Shown: positions 43,390 through 53,268 of the stretch, piece by piece
How positions within the stretch are numbered: position 1 is the stretch's first letter
How the letters are laid out: each line of letters starts with the position of its first letter
Assembly (NCBI GenBank): GCA_963719035.1
Contig: CAVRAO010000002.1
Location: 416,001 to 480,000, forward strand
DNA from: Methanobacteriota archaeon
GTDB taxonomy: Archaea > Halobacteriota > Bog-38 > Methanoflorentales > Methanoflorentaceae
Length of the DNA: 64,000 bases
Direction: 5' to 3'
The notes under the pieces: model-generated
Seen by the model: only the letters and a program-made list of their open reading frames with translations
What the model was told of the DNA's origin: nothing
Databases searched by the model: none
Translations under genes and position numbers: made by a program

Positions 43390-43620
43390 TTGCTTTTTTG
43401 AGCTTTCTGCTATGTTTTCCTGTAACTCATTTGAATCTGTACCGCTGCTGAGACCACAACAAGAAAAGCAAGTGCACCATCGTGAACCGTTTGATAAATG
43501 CGCGTTGAAAGTCCAGCAAGATTTGAGAAAGAGTGTGGTAAGCGGATTGTGGGATAATCTGTAACCTGCTTTTGCGTGATGGAGCGATATCTTGCTGCTG
43601 TGAATCTCCAATAACTCGTG
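43390..43620 (-). pseudogene. Putative integrase N-terminal fragment Int(N), frameshifted
   Basis: LEIHSSKISLHHAKAGY / DYPTIRLPHSF...IYQTVHDGALAFLVVVS lie in two frames; clearly similar to ORF 55130-55528; reads into the left repeat. Confidence 0.6.
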
Positions 43621-43962
43621 TTTGGGCAATGCAGCCTCAGCGAAAAGCTCTGAGTAATGTTCACCCACTAACATAATAGAGAACGAAGCCGATGCTAGTC
43701 ACTTAAGCGTTGTGATTAGCCGCAGTGGACAAAGTTCGGCGGCAACACGGTGACATAATTCAGTGGGATCAATCAAACCGAGCGTACATTATGACGCATG
43801 GCGTGAGTGGAATAGATTGAAAGCACTACAAGCATCCGCTGCCGGAGAACGTGTACGATGTGTATCTGCGGTATTGGGGGGACGTGCGGTTCTAGCATCC
43901 GAGAGAGCTAACGCGCCGATATTGTGGTAACTTTATTAGGGGCAAATGTAAACGTGAGTATC

Positions 43963-44743
43963 TTACAGTGCAAACTTCTCTTCGTCTGACAAACTGCCTG
44001 CTAGCTCGCTAAAAAGTTCGTTTCTAATCAGATCCTCTTCTCCCCCCAACTCATGATAGAACTCGTAAATGAAATTTGATGATTCTGTTTCCCGTTTCTC
44101 GTTATTAGCCCGTTGACGCCTCATCCAGTCAATAGATCCTTTTCTTAGTTTTTCTATATCAAGCGCGTAAATTCCGTCATATAATCTTTCAATGTAAATA
44201 CCGTGCATGTAAATCGTGAATAGCCTCGCCTTGATCTTCCGGTAGTGCTCTACCTCCCGCTGCTTCCGAAAAGTCCCTCGCTCCCGCTGCTCGCAAATCA
44301 ATCTGCTTTAATAACTCCTGTATAGCTCGATAAAAAGCCTCTATAGCATATGCGTCTTCAAGTTCATAGAAGCGGTTCGGGTTTGTGCGAGTGTAATCAT
44401 AAACGTCTGTGCTGACATCCTCAGATACTCTCGTCTTTAGTTCGTCCCAATTTGTCCAAAAGAACTTCTTAACGGTCTGCTCCGACGTGGGTCGATCTTG
44501 AGCCACAATGGCGAGAATAATAACACGAACCATCCAGCCAATCTCATTGTAGAGTGCGTTTCTCAGCGCTTCTTTTTCTGTTTCGCGTATTCTTTTTTGA
44601 CGTCTCGTCTCAAGAAGTGTTGCACCTAAAAAAGCTACAAGTATAGAACCAGCCAAAGCTAGAATCGGTCCAAAAAATGTTATTGTCTGTGCATCAATTT
44701 GCCGATCACGCTGCAATTCACTCCTTTTTTCGATTCGCTTCAC
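43963..44743 (-). pseudogene. Hypothetical membrane-anchored protein split over two frames
   Basis: ORFs 44189-44743 and 43963-44301 overlap colinearly; N-terminal TM helix followed by ALRNALYNEI. Confidence 0.5.
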
Positions 44744-44904
44744 ACAATCATTGAGGTAAGCGTGTCAACTATATACTTACGATCGATAGTTGATGACGGT
44801 TGAATCGTGAATCGGTTCCATTGCCACGCTCGCGCCGTACAGCCCACTATAGACAGCGATACTATCACGGCAATCAATATAATGGCGAAGAACTTTTTTT
44901 CCAT
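44740..44904 (-). pseudogene. Short ORF with lipoprotein signal peptide, probable remnant
   Basis: MEKKFFAIILIAVIVSLSIVGC..., 54 aa, below the ORF track cutoff. Confidence 0.4.
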
Positions 44905-45202
44905 ACAAATGCCTTCTTTGACTTAAAATCTTAAACATACCGATAGGAGCGAGCACGTTTAAATTTTCGCATTTAAAGCTGCGAATTAAGCCGCTATCAT
45001 CCAGACGCAGAAAGACGAGTAATCTTACAAATAAGTCTATAGCCGATCAATTGTAGTCCTATGATGCTGAGGCCGGTAGTAGTTTTAGGTTAAAACAAAT
45101 CGAATCTTCATGACCGTGGCCTGCTTGAGGCCATTACCCGAAAGAGTGAAATGACAAAACAATATTCAAGCAATGATTAGTTCTTTTTCCAAGTCCGTAC
45201 TT

Positions 45203-45397
45203 TCACTCTCTCGTAAAGAGGTCACACTCCGAGGTAAACTCTAGCGGACACGTTCGGCGTCTCGTACATCCTAAACATAATGGTATAATATAATCAGCAA
45301 CGCACTTGTCAAACTCAGTGCAAGGGCAGTTTGCAGATCGCGGCTTGCCTCCGTGAATCGGACAGTCCAAACCCAAGCCATAATCAACCTCGCTCAT
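45203..45397 (-). CDS. Small Cys-rich putative metal-binding protein
   Basis: GGAGG ribosome site; MSEVDYGLGLDCPIH...CPC...C...CLGC...C...C, 8 Cys in 64 aa. Confidence 0.55.
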   Translation of the reverse strand: MSEVDYGLGLDCPIHGGKPRSANCPCTEFDKCVADYIIPLCLGCTRRRTCPLEFTSECDLFTRE

Positions 45398-45470
45398 GCT
45401 CAGTCCTCCCTTATTTTCATCCAATACCCAGCATCCTACCGCTGTTGCCGTAACTGGCTTTAATAAAAGT

Positions 45471-45984
45471 CTAAAGCTTCCCAAAGGCTACCCCTTGGTA
45501 TGTCCAGCCGCATTTAGTGACCGCCTCCTGCAGCGGTCCCTTGATCTCGCGCGTATCGAAACGATATTTGTACACCTGGCCTGGTTCTAATTCTTCCGTA
45601 AAGGCATATGCCGTGCCGAACTCAACCTTTTGCATCTGACCTTTGAAAGCAGTCGCAGACAGCGAAAGACTCGGCACCCCCGCAGACCATCAGACACAGG
45701 TACTCGCGATCCGAAGCACGCACGCTGTGGTTCATCTCATCGAGTTTCATGTAGATCTTGAAAACCTTGGTTAGGCCGGCTTTAGCAAAGATTTCGTACC
45801 ACTGGGCGTCGACTATCTTCCATTCCGCAATCAGGTCAACGCCTTCGCTAGTGCCGTCTATGATCCGGTAGGGTGCGCTGGCACGGTTTAAACTCAAGAG
45901 CGCAGCACGCACCTGTGAATCCGGCAAGACTGTTATACCTGGCTGTGGTCGCTTGGTAGATGAAAGCCTATCTAAGAACCCCAT
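45471..45984 (-). pseudogene. Hypothetical protein, frameshifted near 45695
   Basis: ORFs 45622-45984 and 45471-45677 are colinear (DLIAEWKIVDA...DREY / WSAGVPSL...GWTYQGVAFGKL). Confidence 0.6.
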
Positions 45985-46059
45985 TGTTTACCTCCAAAAA
46001 TAATCTGTGTTGTTGTATCTTAGCTTTATAATGCTCACACTTAGCGAGTTGAGGAGTAG

Positions 46060-46464
46060 CCCTTCTTTTCGGTGCGCGACATATTGATCGAGTTCATCTT
46101 TAGTAAAAGAGTGAGGGTTATTCGGTTCAACGGGTTGTCGTTGTTGTTGCAGCTGCAGCCATCCCTCCAACGCTTCAACATTCCTTCTTTGCAGATCCCG
46201 CTGTTCTGCTTCGTGCTTGTATGCCTCAAGACCCTGCTTGATAACGATATCCTGCAAAGATGTGGATGCGATTTTTCTTTTTTCTGCATCCGTCAGCGTG
46301 CCAGAGTTGTGCAACTTTTCAGCAGAGTTGTGCAACTTCTTGCCTTTAGACCGGATGTTATCCGTTATAATTTTCGCGTCCGATTGTAAAAAGAAGGGAC
46401 TGAAACAGAGTTCCTCAAGCATCTGAACCAATTGGTTGGACTGCAGCTTTCGTAACGCATTTAC
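46060..46464 (-). pseudogene. Putative integrase C-side fragment Int(C), truncated
   Basis: Open frame starts within the right repeat (LVQMLEELCFSPF) and runs to FTKDELDQYVAHRKEGL; no catalytic motifs remain. Confidence 0.45.
46393..46464 (+). repeat. Right 72-bp direct repeat (attR-like)
   Basis: Identical to 43318-43389; its end overlaps the stop codon of the convergent nrpRII gene. Confidence 0.95.
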
Positions 46465-47204
46465 GATGACAACAAATTGTAGTCCATATCGTGCACATCT
46501 GCTAAGCCTGAAATCGCACTTGTCTGTATCTCTATGCCACTCTCCTTGACCGCTGCCATAGAGTTTATTCCACCAATTATCGCAACTCCAACGTGGCCCC
46601 TATTCACTGGCATTTCCAACAGATCTGAGTTAGGCTCACCAACCTCCAATATCCCTTTAAACCCAATGTCCATCAACTCTGAAAGTAGATTCTCAAGCTG
46701 CGTCCCGGCTGCCATCGGCACTTCTCGGACGCTTGCCAATACCTTACCAGATCCCGTATTGATCATCTCTAAAACAGAGGTGAGTTCCTGAGACATAAAC
46801 ACGTCAAGGGGGTCCAGCGTGGTCGAATCATAACGCAGAATGTCCGTGAACCTCACTGGCATCTTTTCGGTCACCTGAACTATGCCTCCACACAGTGGTT
46901 TTACTGGGATGCCTGCCTTAAGCAGCACGCCGTCAATCGTGATGCTACAAATGGTGAGTATGCCGTTGAAACCTCTTTGAATTGAGACGCCTTGAAAACT
47001 CTCGCCACCTTCGATAATTCGCACATAGGGACCAACGTTGAGTCCAGCGGCATACACGCGCTTAAATATACCCAATGCTTGTTCTAAATCACGTTCAGCA
47101 ACAACCGCCGTGTTAAAAGCTATTGTGCCGTCACCCGACCGCGGGTTGAAAGTTATACCATATATAACTTCACCGATTCTTGACGACATGAATTTGAGCT
47201 TCAT
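46461..47204 (-). CDS. nrpRII: NrpR regulatory-domain (DUF128) protein lacking the HTH, NrpRII-like
   Basis: LTICSITIDGVLLKAGIP, RFTDILRYDSTTLDPL, GSGKVLASVREVP, IGGINSMAA. Confidence 0.78.
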   Translation of the reverse strand: MKLKFMSSRIGEVIYGITFNPRSGDGTIAFNTAVVAERDLEQALGIFKRVYAAGLNVGPYVRIIEGGESFQGVSIQRGFNGILTICSITIDGVLLKAGIPVKPLCGGIVQVTEKMPVRFTDILRYDSTTLDPLDVFMSQELTSVLEMINTGSGKVLASVREVPMAAGTQLENLLSELMDIGFKGILEVGEPNSDLLEMPVNRGHVGVAIIGGINSMAAVKESGIEIQTSAISGLADVHDMDYNLLSS

Positions 47205-47710
47205 TCAATGCACCTCTTGGACTTGACGGGTAAAGGTCGCTCAAAAAGGCCCTCGACCGCATATTTTCCATCACTACGGGGTATGAGCTTAGATCCTTTT
47301 ATTTCTTCAATCGAGAAACCAACTTGCCCTTCAACGTAGCGACGCCAAACATCTGGCCAGTTTACGAAATATGCAGCCTTGGATTTGCCAGACCCCATTC
47401 TCAATTCCACGGCGAGATATCCTGTTCGACCAGATTTCTGTATAAATTCCTGCATTTTAGTTGCCTGATGCTCGCCTCGCTTATTAACTGAAAAGTGCTG
47501 TGAGAAATATAAAGCAGTCGCACCTTTGGCAGCTGAGATGCTTTTGCATTCAATGCCGAGATACAGTCGGCGATCTGACGAATCTACCAAGACATCAAGC
47601 ATCTGTTGCGAAAACTGATGTTGTTTCATCCTATATGCAATCGCATCGAGGCCACTTTCGCTAAAGTAATTGTTAAATGATCTAACGAGCTCTCTTTCAA
47701 AATTGCTCAT
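47201..47710 (-). CDS. hjc: Archaeal Holliday junction resolvase-like PD-(D/E)XK nuclease
   Basis: FERELV...DVLVDS...GIECKS motif arrangement. Confidence 0.72.
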   Translation of the reverse strand: MSNFERELVRSFNNYFSESGLDAIAYRMKQHQFSQQMLDVLVDSSDRRLYLGIECKSISAAKGATALYFSQHFSVNKRGEHQATKMQEFIQKSGRTGYLAVELRMGSGKSKAAYFVNWPDVWRRYVEGQVGFSIEEIKGSKLIPRSDGKYAVEGLFERPLPVKSKRCIE

Positions 47711-47810
47711 TGGCCGCACTTTATCTTAGTACTATAAAGGATATCCGCTGGTTAACCGAAGCACAGACCGTAGGGGCAAAATGGTGCTTGTCTTTAACTC
47801 TGCGCACCCC

Positions 47811-48845
47811 TTACGCTATGAAGAATTTAGTTTGGTGACGCTTTAAAAAGCCTTCTGCTTCGAGTTTTTGAAGATTGCTCGAAATTAAGTGAGGATCGAC
47901 GTTAAGCTGTCGCATTAAATCAGTTTCAGTGATCCCAGAATGAGTGACTATCAAAGAGATTATCTTACCACGCAATTGCCTATTGGAGCCTTCAAAAGGC
48001 ACTTGTTTCTTATATTGAGCGCTATTTCGGCTTGGATTTTTATGCAGCTTCTTCAACATCGCACCATAATCCATGAGCGCGTAATACCAACTACGAGGGT
48101 TTGACCGATCAAGCGTGCACTCGACTAGCGGATAGAGTTTATCGTCTTCTACGCCTTGTTCATCGGCGTAAAAGGCGTGGATGAACACTGTTCTTATATT
48201 TGTCTCTATAAAAACCGACGGTATGTCGAACGCAAAAGTTCGTATCGCACATGCAGTCGCGTTTCCTACACCCGGCATGCCTACGAGGGCCGAGTAGTCA
48301 GATGGCAGCTTTCCTCCAAATTGTGCTTCAACGGTTTGAGCTATTCGTTTGAGAGCGATTGCTCGCTTATTATATCCTAAACCGTGCCAAACCTCGAGCA
48401 CATTTTTTAGCGGAGCGCGGGAAAGCGCTGAAAAACTCGGAAAGTTGTTTAAAAACAACTGATACTTGACAAGTACTCGCTCTACTTGGGTTTGTTGTAA
48501 CATAAGCTCGGAGACGAGAATTTTGTATGGATCGCGAGTCTCTCTCCATGGAAGGACTCGACCTTCACTCCGGTAATGTCGATAAATCCGTTCTTGAAAA
48601 CTTGTGATCTGAGCAGCACTTAAATCGCAAATTGTTCGGCGACGTCGTCCGTTGTGTTTGATAATACCAACTCCAACTATAGACATAGGAGCAAAGGCCG
48701 GTATTTTCGTCGTTCTATCTATAAGCTTCTTAAGGGAATTCGAAAGGCTGCGAAGTAAATGGCTTGAGGATGGACTCCTGCCTGCGAACTCTGAGACACT
48801 TGTTCTGTGGCGCTCTTGATATAAACCCGACAAGAGATGTTTCAC
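47811..48845 (-). CDS. mutY: A/G-specific adenine glycosylase family; true start probably downstream of 48845
   Basis: LPWRETRDPYKILVSELMLQQTQV, WHGLGYNKRA, PGVGNATA, ALMDYGA; no FeS loop. Confidence 0.85.
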   Translation of the reverse strand: MKHLLSGLYQERHRTSVSEFAGRSPSSSHLLRSLSNSLKKLIDRTTKIPAFAPMSIVGVGIIKHNGRRRRTICDLSAAQITSFQERIYRHYRSEGRVLPWRETRDPYKILVSELMLQQTQVERVLVKYQLFLNNFPSFSALSRAPLKNVLEVWHGLGYNKRAIALKRIAQTVEAQFGGKLPSDYSALVGMPGVGNATACAIRTFAFDIPSVFIETNIRTVFIHAFYADEQGVEDDKLYPLVECTLDRSNPRSWYYALMDYGAMLKKLHKNPSRNSAQYKKQVPFEGSNRQLRGKIISLIVTHSGITETDLMRQLNVDPHLISSNLQKLEAEGFLKRHQTKFFIA

Positions 48846-49115
48846 GCAAGAAAAGAGACCATCAACGCTTCTAATAAACGGTATTATAGCTATTATCTGA
48901 TTAACGTATTAACACCGGTAAGCGAAGGCACGTGCGCTCATTTTAAACAAAAAAGAGGCATCACACGGAGTGTTGCTCTATATGACAGCAACTGCTTTAA
49001 CCGACTTCTGCTAGTACTATCAAAAACCGTGACATTACGATGCTCTCAAAACACTGGTTCAGTCGAATTTCAAGGAGAATTCACATTTTTTGCGAGTCTT
49101 TTGCTAGTCTTATTA

Positions 49116-49619
49116 TTACAACAAAAAAACTGCGACTGACAAAACAGTAGTCCACGAGCTGTCTGCGCCAACGACCGCAGTTGTAGCAACGTTAAACGTT
49201 TCCTTCGGTTTAGAATCGGTCCCGGTCTCGTACATGCTCGACGCCAATCTCTCAGCGTAGGCGCCTGAGCTCTCTGTCGCCTCGCCAAACGCGTGGTGCT
49301 CTGAAATATAGCCAAAATCATCAGGATTCTTGGGAATTGCACAACCTAATGACGCTGAGATTCTCCTATTCGGTTCATTAGACGCCAGTCTAGACATTAC
49401 GCAGAAAACTATTTCTCCGGGAAGTAGTCGGCTGAGCCCGTTATCCTTAGGGATAATTTCGCAATTCGGCGGCAATATTGAACTCACAGTGACAAGATTG
49501 AATTTCTCTATACCTGCATCTCTCAAAGCTTTTTCAAAACTCTCTAAGTTCTCTCGGTGTGTTCCAACACCGGTTGAAAAAAAGATCTTTTTTGGCAATA
49601 ACCTCATCTTGACTATCAC
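49116..49619 (-). CDS. pdaD: Pyruvoyl-dependent arginine decarboxylase
   Basis: SFEKALRDAGIEKFNLVTVSSILPP (Ser-Ser cleavage site), GYISEHH. Confidence 0.92.
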   Translation of the reverse strand: MIVKMRLLPKKIFFSTGVGTHRENLESFEKALRDAGIEKFNLVTVSSILPPNCEIIPKDNGLSRLLPGEIVFCVMSRLASNEPNRRISASLGCAIPKNPDDFGYISEHHAFGEATESSGAYAERLASSMYETGTDSKPKETFNVATTAVVGADSSWTTVLSVAVFLL

Positions 49620-49662
49620 GCCCCTTTAAATCTCGTATATAGCAAAACATATCACACTGTAA

Positions 49663-49851
49663 GTGTTTTTAACCTTTATGCAAAGAATGGTACTCGAAGT
49701 AGTGACTTTGATTGTTTCTGTTGCCTTTTTCATAGCCTTACTGCTCGCCGTTCATCTATCGAACGCTGGATCGCTCGGATATATACTTGGGATCCTTGTA
49801 TTTGTTTTGATTGTTAGTGTCGCCGGGACCAGAATTGCCTCTTACGAATAG
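49663..49851 (+). CDS. Small two-TM membrane protein
   Basis: Hydrophobic ORF filling an intergenic gap. Confidence 0.5.
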   Translation: MFLTFMQRMVLEVVTLIVSVAFFIALLLAVHLSNAGSLGYILGILVFVLIVSVAGTRIASYE

Positions 49852-49920
49852 AATTGCCGCCGGACTGGAGCGAGGTTTAGGCTACTAAAGCCGATATTTC
49901 CTTAATATTAGGGGTTTTTC

Positions 49921-50340
49921 ATGAAAACAAAAACAGACCGCATAAAAATGGACACTTTAGGCGGCGTCCAGATCATAGACATAACAAACCATGTCCAAGA
50001 ACTTCTTACAAAAAGCAACTTAAATGATGGCTTGGCTACGGTTTTTGTTCCAGGCTCAACTGCATCTGTAACGACGATAGAATACGAGCCTGGCCTCATC
50101 GCGGACATCAAAAAGGCACTTGATCGGATAGCTCCAAGAGATGGTCACTATGAGCACGACCAACGATGGCATGACGGTAACGGACATTCACATGTAAGAG
50201 CAGCGTTTTTGAAACCAAGCGTCGCAATTCCATTCTCTGACAAAACCTTAATGCTCGGTACCTGGCAACAGCTTGTGTTCATTGAACTCGACGTCAGGCC
50301 TCGCAACAGGACTATCGTTGTCCAGCTTATGGGCGACTAA
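49921..50340 (+). CDS. yjbQ: YjbQ/UPF0047 family protein
   Basis: DITNHV, GSTASVTTIE, NGHSH, LGTWQQLVFIELD. Confidence 0.9.
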   Translation: MKTKTDRIKMDTLGGVQIIDITNHVQELLTKSNLNDGLATVFVPGSTASVTTIEYEPGLIADIKKALDRIAPRDGHYEHDQRWHDGNGHSHVRAAFLKPSVAIPFSDKTLMLGTWQQLVFIELDVRPRNRTIVVQLMGD

Positions 50341-50908
50341 GCATGCTTAAGTCGAATGTTAACTGAGCGGCACGTTCGATATCTTCTGCCACGATGAACG
50401 CTTGCTCGAGGTTGGCCCCGACAGCAATCAACCCATGATTCTGCAGAAGGGCCCCTTTGCACCCCGAAATCCCGCGAGATACTGCGTCACCCAAGTCGGA
50501 AGTACCTGGTTCTTCATAAGGAATCAACGGAACGCGACCTAAGAGGTATTTTCCCTCAACATCAGGTGATTCTAGATCACGCCCCAAGCATGATAATGCT
50601 GTTGCAAAGCGTGAATGAGCGTGCACAATTGCAGAACATTCCGTCGCGTTATAAATCGCTAGATGTGTCGGCAACTCGCTCGAAGGACGTTTTCCTTGAA
50701 GATGTTCCCCCGCCATTGTTACGACAGACACATCATCCGGCCGAATTCGATAGCGAGGAACCTTTGTTGGAGATATGAACACGATTTGTTCGGCCCGTAC
50801 GCTTATGTTACCGCTTAATGACGATGTAAGGCCGCGCTCATATAACAGGCCCGTGTATTTCGTGATTTCCGTTTTCAATAGCAGCGCCCGCGTTTCTGTC
50901 GTTGCCAA
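50327..50908 (-). CDS. fucA: Class II aldolase (L-fuculose-phosphate aldolase family)
   Basis: SGNISVR, PSSELPTH, IVHAHS, LLQNHG. Confidence 0.85.
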   Translation of the reverse strand: MATTETRALLLKTEITKYTGLLYERGLTSSLSGNISVRAEQIVFISPTKVPRYRIRPDDVSVVTMAGEHLQGKRPSSELPTHLAIYNATECSAIVHAHSRFATALSCLGRDLESPDVEGKYLLGRVPLIPYEEPGTSDLGDAVSRGISGCKGALLQNHGLIAVGANLEQAFIVAEDIERAAQLTFDLSMLSRP

Positions 50909-50964
50909 TAAAGAGCCTCCGTTTTAGCTTTCGCGCTTTCAGACTCGCTTCAGAAGTCTGATCA

Positions 50965-51495
50965 CTACACTAAATGAACGATTCTAAGCAGTTCGACGGT
51001 TATAATGATTAACGTTCCAAGTCCAACCATCTTGGCCACCGACATTATGTAGTTTTGTCTCGAAATGTATCCTGAATATACACCTAAGGCAACTAATGTT
51101 ATCAAGCTTAAAACGACGGAAACGAACGCCGAACCTACCCCTAATATCCACGGCGCTAACGGGACAAGGCTTGCCAGAAAGCTGGCGCCGCCGTGAGTTA
51201 ATGCATCCTTTAGGATTCTTTTTTTACTTTGCGATTCGACATACGTATTGCTTAGCTTCCTCAGAAGGGATTTCTCGGTCTTAACGAGCTTTCCATGCTC
51301 AATTGTACTCTCCGCTAAATACGACCCCATGCCGTTGGTTAACGCCAGCGCAATCGCGCCTCCAAAACCGGCACTAACGACAATCACGTTAGAAGCGCTT
51401 ACTACTGAAACGCCTAAAATTATTCCAAGCGTGGCAAGAAGTCCGTCAATAGATCCGAGTATTAAGTAACGCCCTTCCTCAATATTAAAGCTCAT
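50965..51495 (-). CDS. VIT1/CCC1-like membrane protein (TIGR00267 type)
   Basis: RYLILGSIDGLLATLG, TNGMGSYLAE; adjacent to DUF211. Confidence 0.8.
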   Translation of the reverse strand: MSFNIEEGRYLILGSIDGLLATLGIILGVSVVSASNVIVVSAGFGGAIALALTNGMGSYLAESTIEHGKLVKTEKSLLRKLSNTYVESQSKKRILKDALTHGGASFLASLVPLAPWILGVGSAFVSVVLSLITLVALGVYSGYISRQNYIMSVAKMVGLGTLIIITVELLRIVHLV

Positions 51496-51557
51496 GGACG
51501 TCTTATTACTGAAAAAACTTCTGTGCAGAGGTTAAAAACTAAATTTCCGGCTGGAAT

Positions 51558-51851
51558 TCATCCGCGATCGTGAAGCGTTTCGTCTTCTTCGACGATTTTT
51601 TTCCCAGCAATGATCTCGTCGACGCTATGAACAACCCCGCCCAAATTCTCAATAGTCTGTAGTACAAGGTTGTAATTAACGTTGGTGCCCTCAACAGTGA
51701 TCTTTACGTTTTCAGTTTGCTGATCGACCTCATAGAGGCTCAAATTTACGCCGTCGACGTCTTGCAGATCCCCTATCGCACTAGCCACCTCGACGTTTGT
51801 AGGCTCATGAGGTTTCAGTACGTCGAGCACTAATCGCCTGATTTGAGACAT
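51558..51851 (-). CDS. DUF211 family protein
   Basis: [14 protein letters not shown]...[10 protein letters not shown]. Confidence 0.88.
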   Translation of the reverse strand: MSQIRRLVLDVLKPHEPTNVEVASAIGDLQDVDGVNLSLYEVDQQTENVKITVEGTNVNYNLVLQTIENLGGVVHSVDEIIAGKKIVEEDETLHDRG

Positions 51852-51899
51852 TTCTCTACCGATCACCGTAGTCAATAAACAGACTTATTCTTTATAATG

Positions 51900-52382
51900 C
51901 TATTTATGGTCCAGAATTAGCGCATTTAACGAATCGCGCCACTTTGAGAGATTATGGCCGTTGCATTGTAGCAGAATAATCCGATCTTCTTGCATAAACG
52001 TAACGTTGAGTGTACCGTTCACAATCGATACTGCTTTAATATCGCTGTTTTGTACGAGATATGCACCGGACGAAAAATAAGGCTTTACATAAAAGCACTT
52101 CTGATACAGCCTCATTGCCGCTGGTCTCTTAAAGGTGGTCAGCAAGCGATTTGATTCCACATCTTTTAAATTAAGCAGCACGGCTGTCATTGTCGCTAAG
52201 ACAGGACGAAACTTTGCGACCTTTTTTACGTTCTTCTTGCTAAAAACCGAGCCGATATAACGGTGGCGTACAATAGCCCGAGCTTGCGAGAGGAGCGATA
52301 CCGCCGTGAAACTAACCAAGAGCACCGTAAAAAGCACCGTTATGATGAAGACGTAGAGCAGCCCCGGAAATAATTGAACCAT
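51900..52382 (-). CDS. Hypothetical protein with N-terminal TM helix
   Basis: 160-aa ORF co-oriented with DUF211. Confidence 0.5.
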   Translation of the reverse strand: MVQLFPGLLYVFIITVLFTVLLVSFTAVSLLSQARAIVRHRYIGSVFSKKNVKKVAKFRPVLATMTAVLLNLKDVESNRLLTTFKRPAAMRLYQKCFYVKPYFSSGAYLVQNSDIKAVSIVNGTLNVTFMQEDRIILLQCNGHNLSKWRDSLNALILDHK

Positions 52383-52585
52383 GCGGGCTATTTACCCTCC
52401 TGACATGTTTCCTCGGACAGTTCGTCACACTATTGCGAGCGTACTTCGTTCTGCAGATTTGTAGCGTAGTTAAGCTAGGTCTTTGCAAAGCTGTCCCGAC
52501 AACTATCAAGATCTGACAGTCTTCATCTCTTCTGCTTGTGGCTCTCGCGGTTAACCTTTTCTATTTGTCGACGCATCAACCGTAT

Positions 52586-53131
52586 ATGCTCGAATTGCGA
52601 CGCAACACGGCGCATCTGTTGCTTGGCTCGTTTTTTGCGTTTTTGGTAGTGACGCTACCGCGCGAAATAGTTATTGCCTGCAACGTGTTGCTCATCAGCG
52701 GGCTAATTGTTGCTTCTTTTCTGTATCAGAAACATAAAATTGCTTTGTTAACATGGCTATTCACGCGCTTTGATCGGCCCGGAAAATTCACCGCGAGGGG
52801 TGCCATCATTTTTTTTGTAGGAACCCTGATCGCTGTGTTACTCTTCCCGCCTTTGTTTGCTGCACTAAGCATCCTTGTGCTTGCTATTAGTGATAGTCTT
52901 GCAACGATTGCTGGCCATTATGCAGGAAAACATATGCTGTTCAAAAAAAAGACAATTGAAGGCACTTTAGTTTTCTTCGCGTGCACGTTAGTTATACTCG
53001 TTTTGTTTATTGCGCCGATGAAAGCACTAGTAATTGCTCTGATCGTGTCTGCTACAGAACTTGTTACTCCAACATATCTCGATGATAACCTCACCATCCC
53101 GTTCGTAACCGGGCTGCTTCTCAGTCTGTAA
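52586..53131 (+). CDS. Dolichol/polyprenol kinase (SEC59/cytidylyltransferase) family membrane protein
   Basis: ELRRNTAH, DSLATIAG, KKTIEGT, DDNLTIP. Confidence 0.85.
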   Translation: MLELRRNTAHLLLGSFFAFLVVTLPREIVIACNVLLISGLIVASFLYQKHKIALLTWLFTRFDRPGKFTARGAIIFFVGTLIAVLLFPPLFAALSILVLAISDSLATIAGHYAGKHMLFKKKTIEGTLVFFACTLVILVLFIAPMKALVIALIVSATELVTPTYLDDNLTIPFVTGLLLSL

Positions 53132-53268
53132 CCGCTTCTTCTGAGACGCATAACGGAGAAAGTGTCGAACGTGCACGCGATAATCTGCTTTTGCAGAACC
53201 AAGCTCCATATAAAACGACACCAACAGCGTCATTATATGAAAACGGTTCTACCGCTTAAAAAAACGTT

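Larger units (their letters stand above)
43318..46464. mobile_element. Degenerate 3.1-kb integrative element inserted in the 3' end of the recJ-like gene
   Basis: Perfect 72-bp flanking repeats, non-housekeeping cargo, and minus-strand ORF fragments that enter the left repeat and leave the right repeat in the same frame. Confidence 0.8.

Noticed and set aside
43846-43895. Hairpin ending in CGTGCGGTTCT resembling group II intron domain V
   Set aside because: Lacks the catalytic triad and the 34-nt domain V geometry; no domain VI or RT.
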